Source: the human T2T-CHM13v2.0 reference genome, Homo sapiens. Taken from it: 64,000 nt of DNA. A program made the position numbers and the translations under genes. The notes beneath the pieces are model-generated. The model saw only the letters and a program-made list of their open reading frames with translations, made no database searches and had not been told where the DNA came from. The DNA lies in the NCBI RefSeq assembly GCF_009914755.1, contig NC_060930.1, one strand, 5' to 3'. The stretch's first letter is position 1. Each line of letters starts with the position of its first letter. Below are positions 15,228 to 29,040 of the stretch, piece after piece.

Positions 15228-15580
15228 TTTTTTCAGCACAATTTTTTTTTTTTAATTTCAATAGGTTTTTGGGGAACAGGTGGTGTTTGATTACATGAAT
15301 AAGTTCTTTAGCGGTTTCTGAGATTTTGGTGCACCCATTCACTCGAGCAGTGTACACTGTACCCAATGTGTAGTGTTTTGTCCCTCACCCTCCTCCCACC
15401 CTTTCCCCGAGTCTCCAAGGTCCACTTTATCATTCTTACGCCTTTGCATTCTCACAGCTTAGCTCCTGCTTATAAGCAAGAGCATACGATGTTTGGTTTT
15501 CCATTCTTGAGTAACTTCACTTAGAATAATGGTCTCCAGTTTCATCCAGGTTGCTGTGAATGCCACTATTTCATTTCTTT
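15228..15580 (-). mobile_element. L1PB-type 3' end (L1PB1-like)
   Basis: aataggtttttggggaacaggtggtgtttgattacatgaataagttctttag resembles the L1PB 3' terminus. Confidence 0.75.
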
Positions 15581-16710
15581 TTATTTTATTTATTTTTTAT
15601 TATACTTTAAGTTATGCGGTACATGTGCAGAATGTGCAGGTCATGCCATGGTGGTTTGCTGCACCCATCAACTATCCCTCCCCTATCCACCCATCCCACA
15701 ACAGGCCCCAGTGTGCGATGTTCCCCTCCCTGTGTCCATATGTTCTCATTGTTCCATTCCCACTTATGAGTGAGAACATGTGGTGTTTGGTTTTCTGTTC
15801 TTGTGTTAGTTTGCTGGAAATGGTGGTTTCCAGCTTCATCCATGTCACTGCAAAGGACATGAACTCATCATTTTTTGTGGCTGCATAGTATTCCATGGTG
15901 TATATGTGCTACATTTTCTTTATCCAGTCTATCATTGATGGGGATTTGGGTTGGTTCCAAGCCTTTGCTATTGTGAACAGTGCTACAATAAACATACGTG
16001 TGCATGTGTCTTTATAGCAGAATGATTTATAATCCTTTGGTTATATACCCAGTAATAGGATTGCTGGGTCAAATGGTATTTCTAGTTCTAGATCCTCAAC
16101 CACAAAGGTTGAACTAATTTACACTCCCACTACCAGTGTAAAAGTGTTCCTATTTCTCTACATCCTCTCCAGCACCTGTTGTTTCCTGATGTTTTAAGGA
16201 TTGCCATTCTAACTGGCATGAGATAGAATCTCATTGTGGTTTTGATTTGCATTTGTCTAATGACCAGTGATAATGAGCTTTTTTACATATGTCTGTGGGC
16301 CGCATTAATGTCTTCTTTTGAGAAGTGTCTGTTCATATCCTTTATCCACTTTTTGATGGGGTTGTTTTTTTCTTGTAAATTTGTTTAAGTTCCTTGTAGA
16401 TTCTGGATATTAGCCCTTTGTCAGATAGGTAGATTGCAAAAATTTTCTCCCATTCTGTAGGTTGCCTGTTCACTCTGATGGTAGTTTCTTTTGCTGTGCA
16501 GATGCTCTTTAGTTTAATTAGATCCCATTTGTCAAATTTGGCTTTTGTTGCCATTGCTTTTGGTGTTTTAGTCATGAAGTCTTTGCCCATTCCTATGTCC
16601 TGAATGGTATTGCCTAGGTTTTCTTCTAGGGTTTTTATGGTTTTAGGTCCTACGTTTTAAGTCTTTAATCCATCTTGAGTTAATTTTTATATAAGGTGTA
16701 AGGAAGGGTC
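15581..16710 (-). mobile_element. 5'-truncated L1PA (ORF2 C-terminus and 3'UTR)
   Basis: ORFs [18 protein letters not shown]... and MEYYAATKNDEFMSFA... are L1 ORF2p C-terminal sequence; ttattatactttaagtt terminus. Confidence 0.92.
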
Positions 16711-18143
16711 CACCTTGCACTTTTGTGTTATGAAGACTGCTTCTTTCCTTAAACCTCGTGAACCAACTTCTGCTAGCTTCAAACTTGTCTTCTACAACTT
16801 TCTCACCTCTCTCAAACTTCATAGATTTAATAAAGTTAGGACTTTGCTCTGGATTAGGCTTTGGCTTAAGGGAATGTTGTGGCTGGGTTGATCTTCTATC
16901 CAGACCACTAAAACTTTCTCCGTATCATCAGTAAGGCTGTTTTCTTATTTGTGTGTTCACTGGAGTAGCACTTTTAATTTCCTTAAAGAACTTTTCTTTT
17001 GCATTCATAACTTGCCTAACTCTTTGGTGCAAGAGGCCTAACTTTTGGCCTATCTTGGCTTTCAACATGCCTCTCTCACTAAACTTAATCATTTCTAGCT
17101 GTGGATTTAAAGTGAGAGACATGTGACCTTCTCTTCCTTTCACTTCAATACTTACAGGCCATTGTAGGGATCTTAATTGGCCTAATTTCAGTAGTGTCAC
17201 ATCTAAGGGAATAAAGAGGCCAGAGGGAAGAGAGGAAGATGGAGGAATAGCATGTGGGTGGAGAAGTCAGAACCCACACAATATTTATTAAGTTTTCTGT
17301 CTTATATGGGTTTGTGGTGCCCCAAAACAATTAGAATAGTAACATGAAAGATCACTGATCACAGATCACAATAGCAGATATAATAATAATGAAAACATTT
17401 GAAATATGAGAATTATCAAAATGTAACACAGAGACATGAAGTGAGCCCCTGGTGCTGGGAAAATGGCTTGATAAACTTGTTCAGTGCACAGTTGCCACAA
17501 ACCTTCAATTCACACACACACACAAAATGTAATATCTGTGAAGTACAATAAAGCATAATAAAACAAGTTGTGCCTGTAAAGTGCTATTTAAACATAAGTG
17601 ATATTTTTATAACTTAGTTCTTTTTAAATGTGCATTGTACGTCTTTCTGGATCAATAAACATAGAGCTACCTCATTGTTTTTAACCACTACATATTAATA
17701 TAATGTGATTTACTGTAATATATTTATTTCCTAATTGATAGATGCTTATTTCTTCTAAGCTCTAAAATGATACATAATTTTGCCAGTGCCCTCTCTTGTA
17801 CATTTATCTCAGTGCATCATATTAGTAAATTAAGCTTCTTTTCATTTATTCATTGGCCATTTGTATTTCCTTAATTTTCTCTTAACTCCTGGGTTCAAGT
17901 GATCCTCTCATCTCAGCCTCCCGAGTAGCTAGGATTACAGGCCTGCACCACCATGCTTCGTTAGTTTTTTTGTGTCAGTTTTTCTTTCAAAGCAAAACTG
18001 TGTTCCATGAAAAAAGATGGCCAGTGTAGTTCATGGCTCAATAACGTAGGCTCCTTCCCTCGGGACAGCCGTCACACTTGAGTATGGAGCAGAAGTGCTG
18101 TGCTCACTCTTCCTATAAAACATGTACTCAAGATTCTTACTAA

Positions 18144-18474
<331 letters not shown>

Positions 18475-18760
18475 AAAAATCAGTGCTTTTTCTTGCAACA
18501 TCATGGATGTTAAATAAAACAAACTTTTTTTTTTTTTTAACTGTAAGCACCTAATACAATGACAGCATGGTTTGATGCCTCTACCTCCGTCCAGAATAAG
18601 GTGTCAGTACTTATACACACTACAATGTAAGGGTCAACAAGTGGAGGAAATGGCAAAAAAATTTAGTATTATTTTGAAAATAGTTCTGACCTCAAGGACT
18701 TTGCAAAAGGGTCTTGGGACCTCCATGGGTCTGTGATCATCACTTTAAAGAATTGCTTCA

Positions 18761-19061
18761 GGCTGGGTGCGGTGGCTCACACCTGTAATCCCAGCACTTT
18801 GAGGGGCCAAGGTGGGTGGATCACAAGGTCAGGAGTTTGAGACCAGCCTGACCAACATGGTGAAACCCTGTGTCTACTAAAAATACAAAAGCCGGGCATG
18901 GTGGCGGGTGCTTATAATCCCAGCTACTCAGGAGGCTGAGGCAGGAGAATCACTTGAGCCCAGGAGGCGGAGCTTGCAGTGAGCCGAGATTAGGCCACTG
19001 CACTCCAGCCTGGGCAACAGAGTGAGACTCCATCTCAAAAAAAAAAAAAAAAAAAAAAAAA
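18761..19061 (+). mobile_element. AluS
   Basis: Full-length; TSD aaagaattgcttca. Confidence 0.9.
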
Positions 19062-20758
19062 GAATTGCTTCAGTGGAGAATTCCATGGTATGAATATACC
19101 ACAATTTAATCTTCTCCTGACGGGTATTTGGGGGTGCTTCCAAGTTCCTATTAGAAAAAGGGATGCTATGAACATTCTTACAGATAACATGTGTTTTTGT
19201 GAATACATGTGTACATTTTTGTTGGGTATATACTGACGAAGGGGATTATGGAGTCATAGATTACACGTATGTTCACTTTAGGGGTGCCTAATGATTAACC
19301 AAAGGGATTGTACTAATTTATACTCCCACCAGCAGAGTATGAGACTTCCTATGGCTCCACATCCTCAGTGACACTTGAAGTTGCCTTTTTCATGTTAGCC
19401 ATTCTGGTAGATGGGTAGTGGTGTCTCAGCGGAATTTTAATTTGCCTTTCCCCAGTGAGTAATTAATTTGAGCATCTTTTCAAAGCTTCTTTTGTGAGTG
19501 GTTCAAAATTTTCTATTACTATATTATTGGTCTTTTAAATTTGTAAGAGCCACTCTGTGGCTTACCTTTTTATTCCCTTAATATCATTCTTAGTGAATAG
19601 GTTAATAGTAGCTTATGAATAGGTTATTAAGAGCTTAATAGGTTATTTTGAGATTTACATATCATAAAATTTACGCTTTTAGATGTACAGTGCTATGAGT
19701 TTTGTCAAATGCATAGAGTTGTGTATCCTCCACCACCATCAAGATACAGAACGGTTCCATCCCCTGCAAAATTTTACTCATGCTGCTCCTTCATAGTAAC
19801 TGCCTCTCCCTCCCACTACACTCTGGCAACCATTGATTTGTTCTCCATCTATATATTTGTATTTTGAGTCTGGCTTCTTTCATGTGCTGTAACGCATTCA
19901 AGATTCATTCATGTTGCATGTGTCAACAGTTTATTCCTTTTAATTATGAAATAGTATGTCATTGTATAGATGCACTACCTTTTGTTTAGCCATGTGCCAG
20001 TTGACAGGTATTTGAATTGTTTCCAGTTTAGGAGTAATTCTGAATCAAGCTGCTGCAAACATTAAGTTTTTTGTGAACATATTTCCATTTCTCTTGGGTA
20101 AACAGCTGTGAGCCATGAATAGAGTTTATATTTACTGTAGTCTAATTGTTCATTTTTTTTCTCTTGATGGTTAGTGCTTGTTTGTGTTCTGTTTAAGAAA
20201 TCTTGTCAGCAAGGTCACAAAGATATTTCCATATATCATCATGTAGAAGTTTTATTGTTTTGCTTTTCACATTTAGATCTATAATTCACCTCACACTGAT
20301 TCCTTGTTTCTGTTATAACATAGGGGTCAAGGCTCCCAGCATATGATATCCAATTCAACTAGCACATTTATTTAAAAGACTGCACCTTCTCCACTGATCT
20401 GCAGTACCATCTTCGTCTGAAAGTAAGTCTCCATGTTTGCCTGAGTTTTTGTGCTTTCCATTATGTTATATTGATCTATTTGTCTCCCTTGAGCCACTAC
20501 CCTACTGTCAAATTACTATAAGTTTGTTATCCTGTAGAACACATACCATCTTCTTCTACTCCTCCCTCTCCACCTCCTTCTCTCGTTCTTCCTATCCTCC
20601 TTATTCCTCATCTTCTTTAAAGAGTGCCTTGGTTACTCCTGAAATTTTCTATTGCTATGTAAATTTTAGAAACTGCCTCTTAATTTCCATAAAACAAATA
20701 CCTGTTGAAAGGCTTAAAAGTTGTTGGGTAAATTTGACTTTAAAAAATATTGAGTCTT

Positions 20759-21076
<318 letters not shown>

Positions 21077-21674
21077 TCATTAGCATGACATGTCCCTCTA
21101 TTACGTCTTTGATATTTAGGTTTTATCTGAATATTGTTTTGTAGCTTTTGTTTAGAGATAGTGCACATACTTTATTAGATTTATTCCTAGGTATTTGATA
21201 TTTTGATGCTGTTATAAAAGGTATCTTTAAAATTTTATTTTCTGTTGATCACTGATAAATATTAGTTTTTTTCTGTATATTGACCTTATATCAGAAACCT
21301 TGCTAAACATTATTTCTACTTATCTGTAGAATGTTTTGAATTTTCTGTGTTCACAAGAATATTCTCTGCAACTAATCTATTTCTTCTAATAATTACACTT
21401 CATATTTCTTGCCTTATTGCACTGACTAGAATTTTCATTATATTGCAAAGAAGTGTTGATGGCTGGTCTCCTTGAAATACTGCCAATCTGGGAAGGTTTA
21501 AACATTTCACTGCTAAAATATTTGCTGTAGTGTTTCTTTCAGAGAAAAATCTTTTCTATTCCTAGTTACTATGAATTTCTTTATTCACTTGTTTACGAAT
21601 GGCTATTAAAGCATTTATCAAACTTTTTTGTACATAAATTGACATAATCCTATACAATTTCTTCTATTTATAAT

Positions 21675-21960
21675 CAGGGTCTCACTGTTGCCCAGGCTGA
21701 GTGCAGTGGCACGACCGTGGCTCACTGAAGCCTCCACCTCCTGGGCTCAAATGATCTTCCTGCCTCAGCCTTCTGAGTAGCTGAGATTACAGGTGCATGC
21801 CATGAGGAACAGCTAATTTAAAAAAATTTTTTTGTAGAGTCTTTCTATGTTGCCCAGGCTGGTCTGAAATTGCTGGTCTCAAACTCCTGCACTCAAGTGA
21901 TCCTCCCACCTCATCCTCCCAAAGTGCTGGGATCACAGGCGTGAGCCACCATGCCGGGAC
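21675..21960 (-). mobile_element. AluJ
   Basis: cagggtctcact...ctcctgggctcaa...ctatgttgcccaggctgg. Confidence 0.85.
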
Positions 21961-22796
21961 TAAAATTTCTCCTTTATTCAGTTAATGTGGTTGATTTTCA
22001 CATGTGAAACTAACTTTGCATTGAGATTAAAGCCAACTGAATTGTAATAAATCATCCTTTTTATAAATTGCTAGGTTGGATTTGTTGATACTTTGGAATT
22101 TTGCATCTATGATCATTTCTGAAATTGTCCTGAAATTTTTGTTTCCCCACATGGTCTTGTCACGTGCTGGTGTCAATATTTTTGCTTCAAAAAACAAGTT
22201 AGGGGGCCAGGTGTGGTGGCAGCACACAAGAGCTAGCAGCTTCCCTGTCACTCTTTAGGATGACTTCATACTAGGAATGTGTCGACCACGAGACATCTCC
22301 CAGTAAATGGCTTTGAGCAAATTTTGAGGCATTCAGTTTCTTGGCCTTTTCTGGAATTGGCGGGTGTCTGTGGAGGAAAATCAGTCCCTAATGCCAAGAT
22401 TATCGTACCTTTGAGTTTCCTTCCTCTTCTGATCTTGGTAGCAGTGGAAGTGGTAGAGATTGGTCAGACCCTGGGTATATTCTGAAGATGGAGGTGACAA
22501 TTTGTTGACAGAGTGGATGTGAGAGCCAAGTAGAAAGATGATTTCATGGTTATTTAAGTAATGGAAGTGAGACATGAGATACTGGAGATGGGGAGACAGC
22601 AGGAAATGTGGGGTATATGCGAGAGGAGTGCAAAGGGAAGTGAGGACATAGGAGCTGATATCAGGTCAGTGAACTGGTGGTCCTGGTGATGTCAAAGAAC
22701 TGGTGGTATCAGGATATCAGAAGGAGAGAACTGGAAAGATAGCAGGAGAATAAAGATAGACTTAGTATGAGAAAAATTCATATTTTAAAATAATCT

Positions 22797-22855
22797 TTTA
22801 TTTGCTCACCATAGACATTCTGACCTACATTACATTGATATACATTATATTTATT
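22797..22855 (-). terminator. Candidate distal polyadenylation signals (AATAAA at 22850-22855 and 22797-22802)
   Basis: Two tttatt hexamers at the end of an AT-rich, UTR-like stretch, just before repeat-derived sequence. Confidence 0.55.
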
Positions 22856-23305
22856 TGCAGTGAGAACTGAATAATTTACCACACAGTATAAATCACAAAA
22901 TTATAATTCCTGAATTTCTAGCATTATTGTTATGCATGTGAGCGGTTAACCAGAATAATCAAACATCATTGATGTTAATCTAAGTGAGAAGTTGGTAATA
23001 AACACTTCTAATTATGAATCTAGAAATTTCAGGAGACAAATTCCACCATTGAATTCTTGTATCTTCAGAATCAGACCTAGCATATATAATCAGAAAATAA
23101 ATTTTGAAGTTCAAATCAGTGGTGTGTGTGTTAGAAATGTCAACATGTAAAACAGAATGCTAGTTAACAATCACATTTTCCTAAGAAAAAATTTGCATCT
23201 TAATCATACGAATATCACGAAAACAGACCATTTCCAGTTTTCACTGTAGTCTTGGATGTTTTTCTCTTCCTGTTTCCTCTGTGATTGGATTCGTATCTAC
23301 TACAG

Positions 23306-23368
23306 CTATGCTTTGTTTTCCACAGAGAATTTGTTCCTATTGGGTTCATTGGTTCTTTCTGTAGAGAA
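23306..23368 (-). CDS. CMAHP: CMAHP terminal exon option 2, coding part FSTERTNEPNRNKFSVENKA* (gives the 501-aa ORF)
   Basis: Acceptor CCACAG|TTC, in frame with the upstream exon, TAG at 23308-23306; agrees with my recollection of the human CMAHP C-terminus. Confidence 0.78.
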   Translation of the reverse strand, partial: FSTERTNEPNRNKFSVENKA

Positions 23369-23535
23369 CTGTGGATGGAACAAGTAAAATATTTTTGAAT
23401 CTGGCTATGTAGTGATCCACAAATGTAAGCTATATATACAAATCACAAAGGCAACGTGGAATTATCTATTGCTGACGTCATAAAGCATAGTCTCTTTGCT
23501 GTAAGCTTCCTGGGTTCAAGATGTAATGATAAATT

Positions 23536-23541
23536 TTTATT
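23536..23541 (-). terminator. Candidate proximal polyadenylation signal AATAAA
   Basis: tttatt on + strand, 30 nt after the TGA of terminal exon option 1. Confidence 0.5.
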
Positions 23542-23571
23542 TTGCATCAGATCAGTGAATTCTTGAAATTT

Positions 23572-23589
23572 TCATGTGGTTTTGCATTC
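23572..23589 (-). CDS. CMAHP: CMAHP terminal exon option 1, coding part ECKTT* (gives the 486-aa ORF)
   Basis: Acceptor TTTCACAG|GAA TGC AAA ACC ACA TGA; AATAAA about 30 nt downstream. Confidence 0.8.
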   Translation of the reverse strand, partial: ECKTT

Positions 23590-25088
23590 CTGTGAAATGA
23601 AGATATTATTAATGAACAACAGTATGAATCTCATTTCAATGCCTTTTCATTTTCTTACTGCACTGGGGCAAATTTTTATTCTTATTTAGTTCAAGGTCTA
23701 TAATGCTTTAAGATAAGCGAGAATCTAAAACTGGAATGTGAACGGGAATATGACCCTCCTCCCAAGTCTTAAGGATTTACCAACTGACTGTGGGCCACAT
23801 GGTATTCCTGTTTATTTCATGGGGCTGATATGGTCAACATCTATTGTTCACTTACCATGGCATGTCACTTTTCTAGACATGCCTTATACTATGACATAAC
23901 CCTGTGAGGTAAGTGCTATTACATTCATTTTACAGATGGAAATCTGGAACACAAAGAGATCCAATAATTTGTCCAAGGTCATATGGTAGGTGACAGAGCT
24001 GGAGTTTTAACTCAAAAGGTCAGACTCCAAGTCTCCTTGAGACAGCAATGTCCAAATGCACACAGTGATCTCTTAATTTCTATTGCCTTCATCTCTGCTC
24101 TGCTTCATTCACCCACTTATACAGAAACACCTTTAATTTGTCTTCCTTCAAAACTGCTCTATCTCTAAGACCTTGGACTTATTGCTCTAGCTGCTGCCTC
24201 CTTAGCTTTTATTCCTGTTGCTTTTTCACAATGGCTAAACCTGCTCAGCATCTGCATTGAGCCCTCTTAACTCTCCTTATTCTCCCAGTTCCCACTCCTG
24301 CCCCTTTCCTGGTTTCCCTTACTTCGGTGCCATATGAGGAAGACTTGCCATTGCATGAATTCACCTTGTATTTTTCCACCTTTTAACCTCACCCACTCTC
24401 TCTGTCTGGGATATTCTTCCTCTCTCTCTGTTTTAGCTTGTTTAAAACTTTTCCCAATCTTTAAGCCAATCCCCTACCCCTTACTCCTCAAATGCTATCT
24501 CTCTACAACGTTCTTCCTGGTCATCTCAAAACCTCACATGCAATCCTTCTTTCCTCAGTATTCCCGACAATCAGTTTGTACAACAAATACAGTGCTCATG
24601 AGAGTCTACCTTGTAATAAAGTTGCATGTGGATTTCCTTAGCATCCCTTCTAGCTTATAATTATAACTTAGAAGTTCTAGCCCAGTGCTTTATGCTAGAT
24701 TAGAATATGGAACAAGTAACTTTACAACTGGAAAGTATGTAAAAGATATTCTAATTCAAACCTTAATTTTACTGCTAAAGACATTGAAGCCTATTTTAAG
24801 AGGCGACTCATGCTGACAATGGGAAAGAGAAATTCACTTGTACCTTCCTTCCTTGAATTCATATTAGGAATAAAACCATACGTGTGCTCAGCACTGTGCT
24901 AGGCACTAGGGCTACCCAGGTGACAGTTCCTATTTTTAAGAATCTCAGTATCTACTGGGAAAAACAATTAATAGATTATTATAACACAATGGGATGGGAT
25001 ACCTGTTTGTGGAATAAATAAATGCATGAGTCAAGGAGTTTACTGTCTTTGCAGTCATATTATGTGGTCCCTTCAATCAGAAGCATGA

Positions 25089-25389
<301 letters not shown>

Positions 25390-25716
25390 GAGACAGGTTT
25401 TATAATTCACTTAATAAAATCATATCTCAGGCTGCAGGAAAGGAATGTCAAATCTGATTTGTGCCAGGCAAGTTCATCGTCATTAGTCCAAAAGAGGAGA
25501 GAGGTCTATTGGAAATGAGGAGCTGCTGCTTTCCATCTCACCCTCGGTTTTTAGTTTGTCTCTCTTCAGTTTTTGTTGCTGCTTTCCCTCGTGTACTCAG
25601 GATTATGTTTTAAACACTCACAACCTGGACGATTTTGGTTTTGTTTACTTATTGGCTGTATGTTTACCTCAACCAGGCCAAAGGTTCTATGGACTCTGGA
25701 CTGGATGCACTACTGA

Positions 25717-26027
<311 letters not shown>

Positions 26028-26191
26028 TATTTACTTTTTAAAACACTTGAATGGTCTTGTAATGTTAGCTGTTCTCAGTCCCGCAAAAGTCGGGTTTCTG
26101 TCAGGCAACGCGTCTGCTTAATTTAGGTGTCAAAGAGAGTGTCACGGGATGCACGGTAGGACAGCTCCCAAACCTACAGGATATTCCTTAC

Positions 26192-26288
26192 TTGCAAAAT
26201 CGCAGGCCCATTCTGCTCACAGCACATCAGGAATGACTTCCAGTTGGGTGGTGTGAGGGGGAGTTTTATTTGAAAATGATTCCAAAAC
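26192..26288 (-). CDS. CMAHP: CMAHP exon, 97 bp: (L)FWNHFQIKLPLTPPNWKSFLMCCEQNGPAILQ
   Basis: Acceptor TTACAG|G, donor CAA|GTAAGG; translated by hand. Confidence 0.92.
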
Positions 26289-28496
26289 CTGTAAGAGAGA
26301 TAAAGCATGGGAATGTGCTCTGGAAACTTCCATGCCTGTTCCTTTGCCAGGATCTATTTGGTACCTGGTACTCTGTCCTCCCTGAGAGATAGTGTTTCTG
26401 TACTGTTCCAGCTGTTGATGTAGCTCAGAACTTTCAGGGTGTTGAATACAGACAGCTCCTTGAACGAGATTTTGTCTTATTTTTATTGTACTATGATGTT
26501 CCTTGCTTTAAGGAATCCTTATATGTGAAAATCTAGATCTATATCTTGTACACAAAAGCAACAGAATCTAGTATTAGTGAAGGTACAGGTAAATGTATTC
26601 TCTCATACATTATTTTTGGAAAGGTGAACTGGCTTCCCGAAGAACGATTTGGCAGAGGGCACTAAAAGCCTAGACGCTGTATTCATAGAATCCAGCAGCC
26701 CCGCTCCTAGGAATTTAACTTACAGAAGTCACTATGAATGTGTGCAAGACACATCCACATGATTATTTGCCATTGTTTCAAATAGTGAAAAGTTAGAAAT
26801 GACTTACAGGTCAAAGAGGTTAAATAAAGTGCTAATATAGGTATGTGGTATCAGGTAAGCAGGCATTAAAAATGATGTAGGAAAATACAATACTGTGGAA
26901 AATCGCGTTGATAAACACACAGGTAGAAAAGTATGTATGGTATATGTGCTTGGAAGCAAAAAAAGAAAGATTAGCTAGACACCAAAATATCAATTATTAT
27001 TTCTGGGTAGTGGGATTATTTGTAGTTTTTTCATTTAAAAATATTTTTTCAAATTTTTGACAGTGGATATGTATTATTTTTATAACCAGAAGAATGTTTA
27101 GTAAATTCACAAATCCCATTTTCAGAGCAACAAGATAAAGTGGACTGTGACTGCTTCCCAATATTTATGATGACATCTTATATTTGTGACCCTTGTTACC
27201 AAAACACAATAGAACAAGATAGAGTTTAGCGATTTCTAAGATGGAATTATTTTCTTAAGAAAAAAAAAATCCCCAAGATCCCCTCAAAAGTTGCCAGATT
27301 CCTTTCTTTCTAGAACAAGAGTTACGTATATGATCCGTTGAAAATGAAAAAAACTTGGAATGTCTTACAGCTGTTAAAAGATTTGAGGTTGACCTGGATG
27401 TCCCAATGTGGAAGGCTATCTAAAATATATTGATGAGTAAAAAATGCAAGTTGCAGAATATCTGTACTAGGATTTCATTTAAAAACAATAGCAACATCCC
27501 AAAGGTGGTGTGTGCTTTGCCAAAATTAAAAAAAAATAAAAACAACGGCAACAATAACACTCCCTCACTACCAACTATGTGGGACATCTTATTGAAAACA
27601 AATATATGTAGAGAAATGTTGCTATGTCCAGAAACAGGCCTGGGAGGATACACACTGAGCTATTATCAAAGCTTACCATAAGAGTGGGTGGAGGGAAGGG
27701 CAGGAAACAGGGTTTCCTGAGAGGTGCTTGGTGGGGTTACTTCCTTTTTATTTTACATAGCTCCACATTCTTAAGCTTTTTCATATCATTTAAAAACATT
27801 CAAAAGGAAATAAGTAAAAAAGAAATTTTAATAAATGCCTCTGCTTGCAAGCTCAGAGTACAAACTTTTGCTTATACATTTTAAATAATTAGAATTTTAA
27901 AATTAAATTTCTGCATTTTTTTTCAGAGGATCTGTGGTAATGAGAAAAAGTACTCTTTCCTTTGGTGATTATTTTGCAAATATAAAAATGGCAAATTGCC
28001 CTTTCTGAATTTCAGTGCAAATATTCTAGATATGATCCTAAAGACTTAAACAGTTTTGAAGTGCAGGCAGACAGAAACTCAGTGGGCCATTCCCTTAAAC
28101 CAACTAGCCCACCAAATTCTTGCTCAGAGGTGAGCACAGACAAAAATGTGATGCAGGAATTCACTAATTCAATGACCATGTCTTTGCCACACAAATACTC
28201 ATTCTTGTCTTGGCAAACATACCCTTTCCCTCTTATAATGTATTTCTCTTTCTTATACCAAAACCCACTTCCAGAAGGGTGCAATAACACATTCACATGA
28301 ATGTATAAATGACTCTTTAATGTTATACCTTCCTAACCAGATTTGCTTTTTAACAAACTAACAAAGGAATGAAGCTCTAATGGTGGAATCTCACACATTA
28401 GTCAGAATCTGGGGGCTTCGGCAGTCACTGACTGCTTATGCATATCCACAGCATCCTCAGCAATGGCCTGGGGGCGCCAGGTGCTTCCAGACTTAC

Positions 28497-28612
28497 AGGT
28501 GATGGTATATGTCAGGATCCCGCTGGAGCCGTGTTTGGAATCCTATATACAACTCATCCCAGAGTAGACCATTCTTCACCACGTGTCTGATGACATCCAC
28601 CCGGCTATGGAT
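28497..28612 (-). CDS. CMAHP: CMAHP exon, 116 bp: IHSRVDVIRHVVKNGLLWDELYIGFQTRLQRDPDIYHH(L)
   Basis: Acceptor TTTCAG|ATC, donor CCT|GTAAGT; translated by hand. Confidence 0.92.
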
Positions 28613-28839
28613 CTGAAATAGACATGGAACCACTAGCAGGGGCAACCCAGGAAGCAGAGTATGGATCCCTCCTGTCCCTGGGAGGAGCAGCTGCCCATGA
28701 TGGCAGAGGCACGGAGAGCCAAGGAGAAGAGTCTCTGGGAGCAGATATCACAGGCTGAGGAGAAAAGGAAAGATGCTAAGTGCAGCAGGACTCGAAAGAA
28801 GGAAAACAGGAAATGGATTAAGAGCAGGGGGAGCATCTG

Positions 28840-29040
28840 ACTGAGAGCACAAACTGCAGATTCATGGGTTCAAATCCAGACTCTAGCTGTGTGATCTTGG
28901 TCACCGTTCTGTGCCTTGGCTTTCTCATCTATAAAATGAAGACAATAATAGAACATGCCTCATAGGATTGTTGTGAGGATGTATATAAAATACTTAAAGC
29001 CTGGCACATAGTAAGCACTCAAGAAATCTTTGCTGTTATC
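28840..29040 (+). mobile_element. MIR
   Basis: gggttcaaatcc...tagctgtgtgatcttgg...cctcataggattgttgtgaggat...cctggcacatagtaagcactcaa. Confidence 0.85.

Larger units (their letters stand above)
13723..17576 (-). mobile_element. Near full-length Tigger1 (TcMar-Tigger) DNA transposon interrupted by an L1 insertion
   Basis: TA|CAGGCATACCTC...TGTGCCTG|TA termini; ORFs 16928..17200, 14322..14537 and 14011..14310 are degenerate TIGD1-like transposase; ~2.36 kb once the insertion is removed. Confidence 0.92.

Noticed and set aside
14011-17200. TIGD1-like ORFs as a domesticated transposase gene
   Set aside because: Split by stops, frameshifts and an L1 insertion
23473-23480. Perfect CRE palindrome TGACGTCA
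   Set aside because: A single 8-mer in 3' UTR or intron sequence with no promoter context
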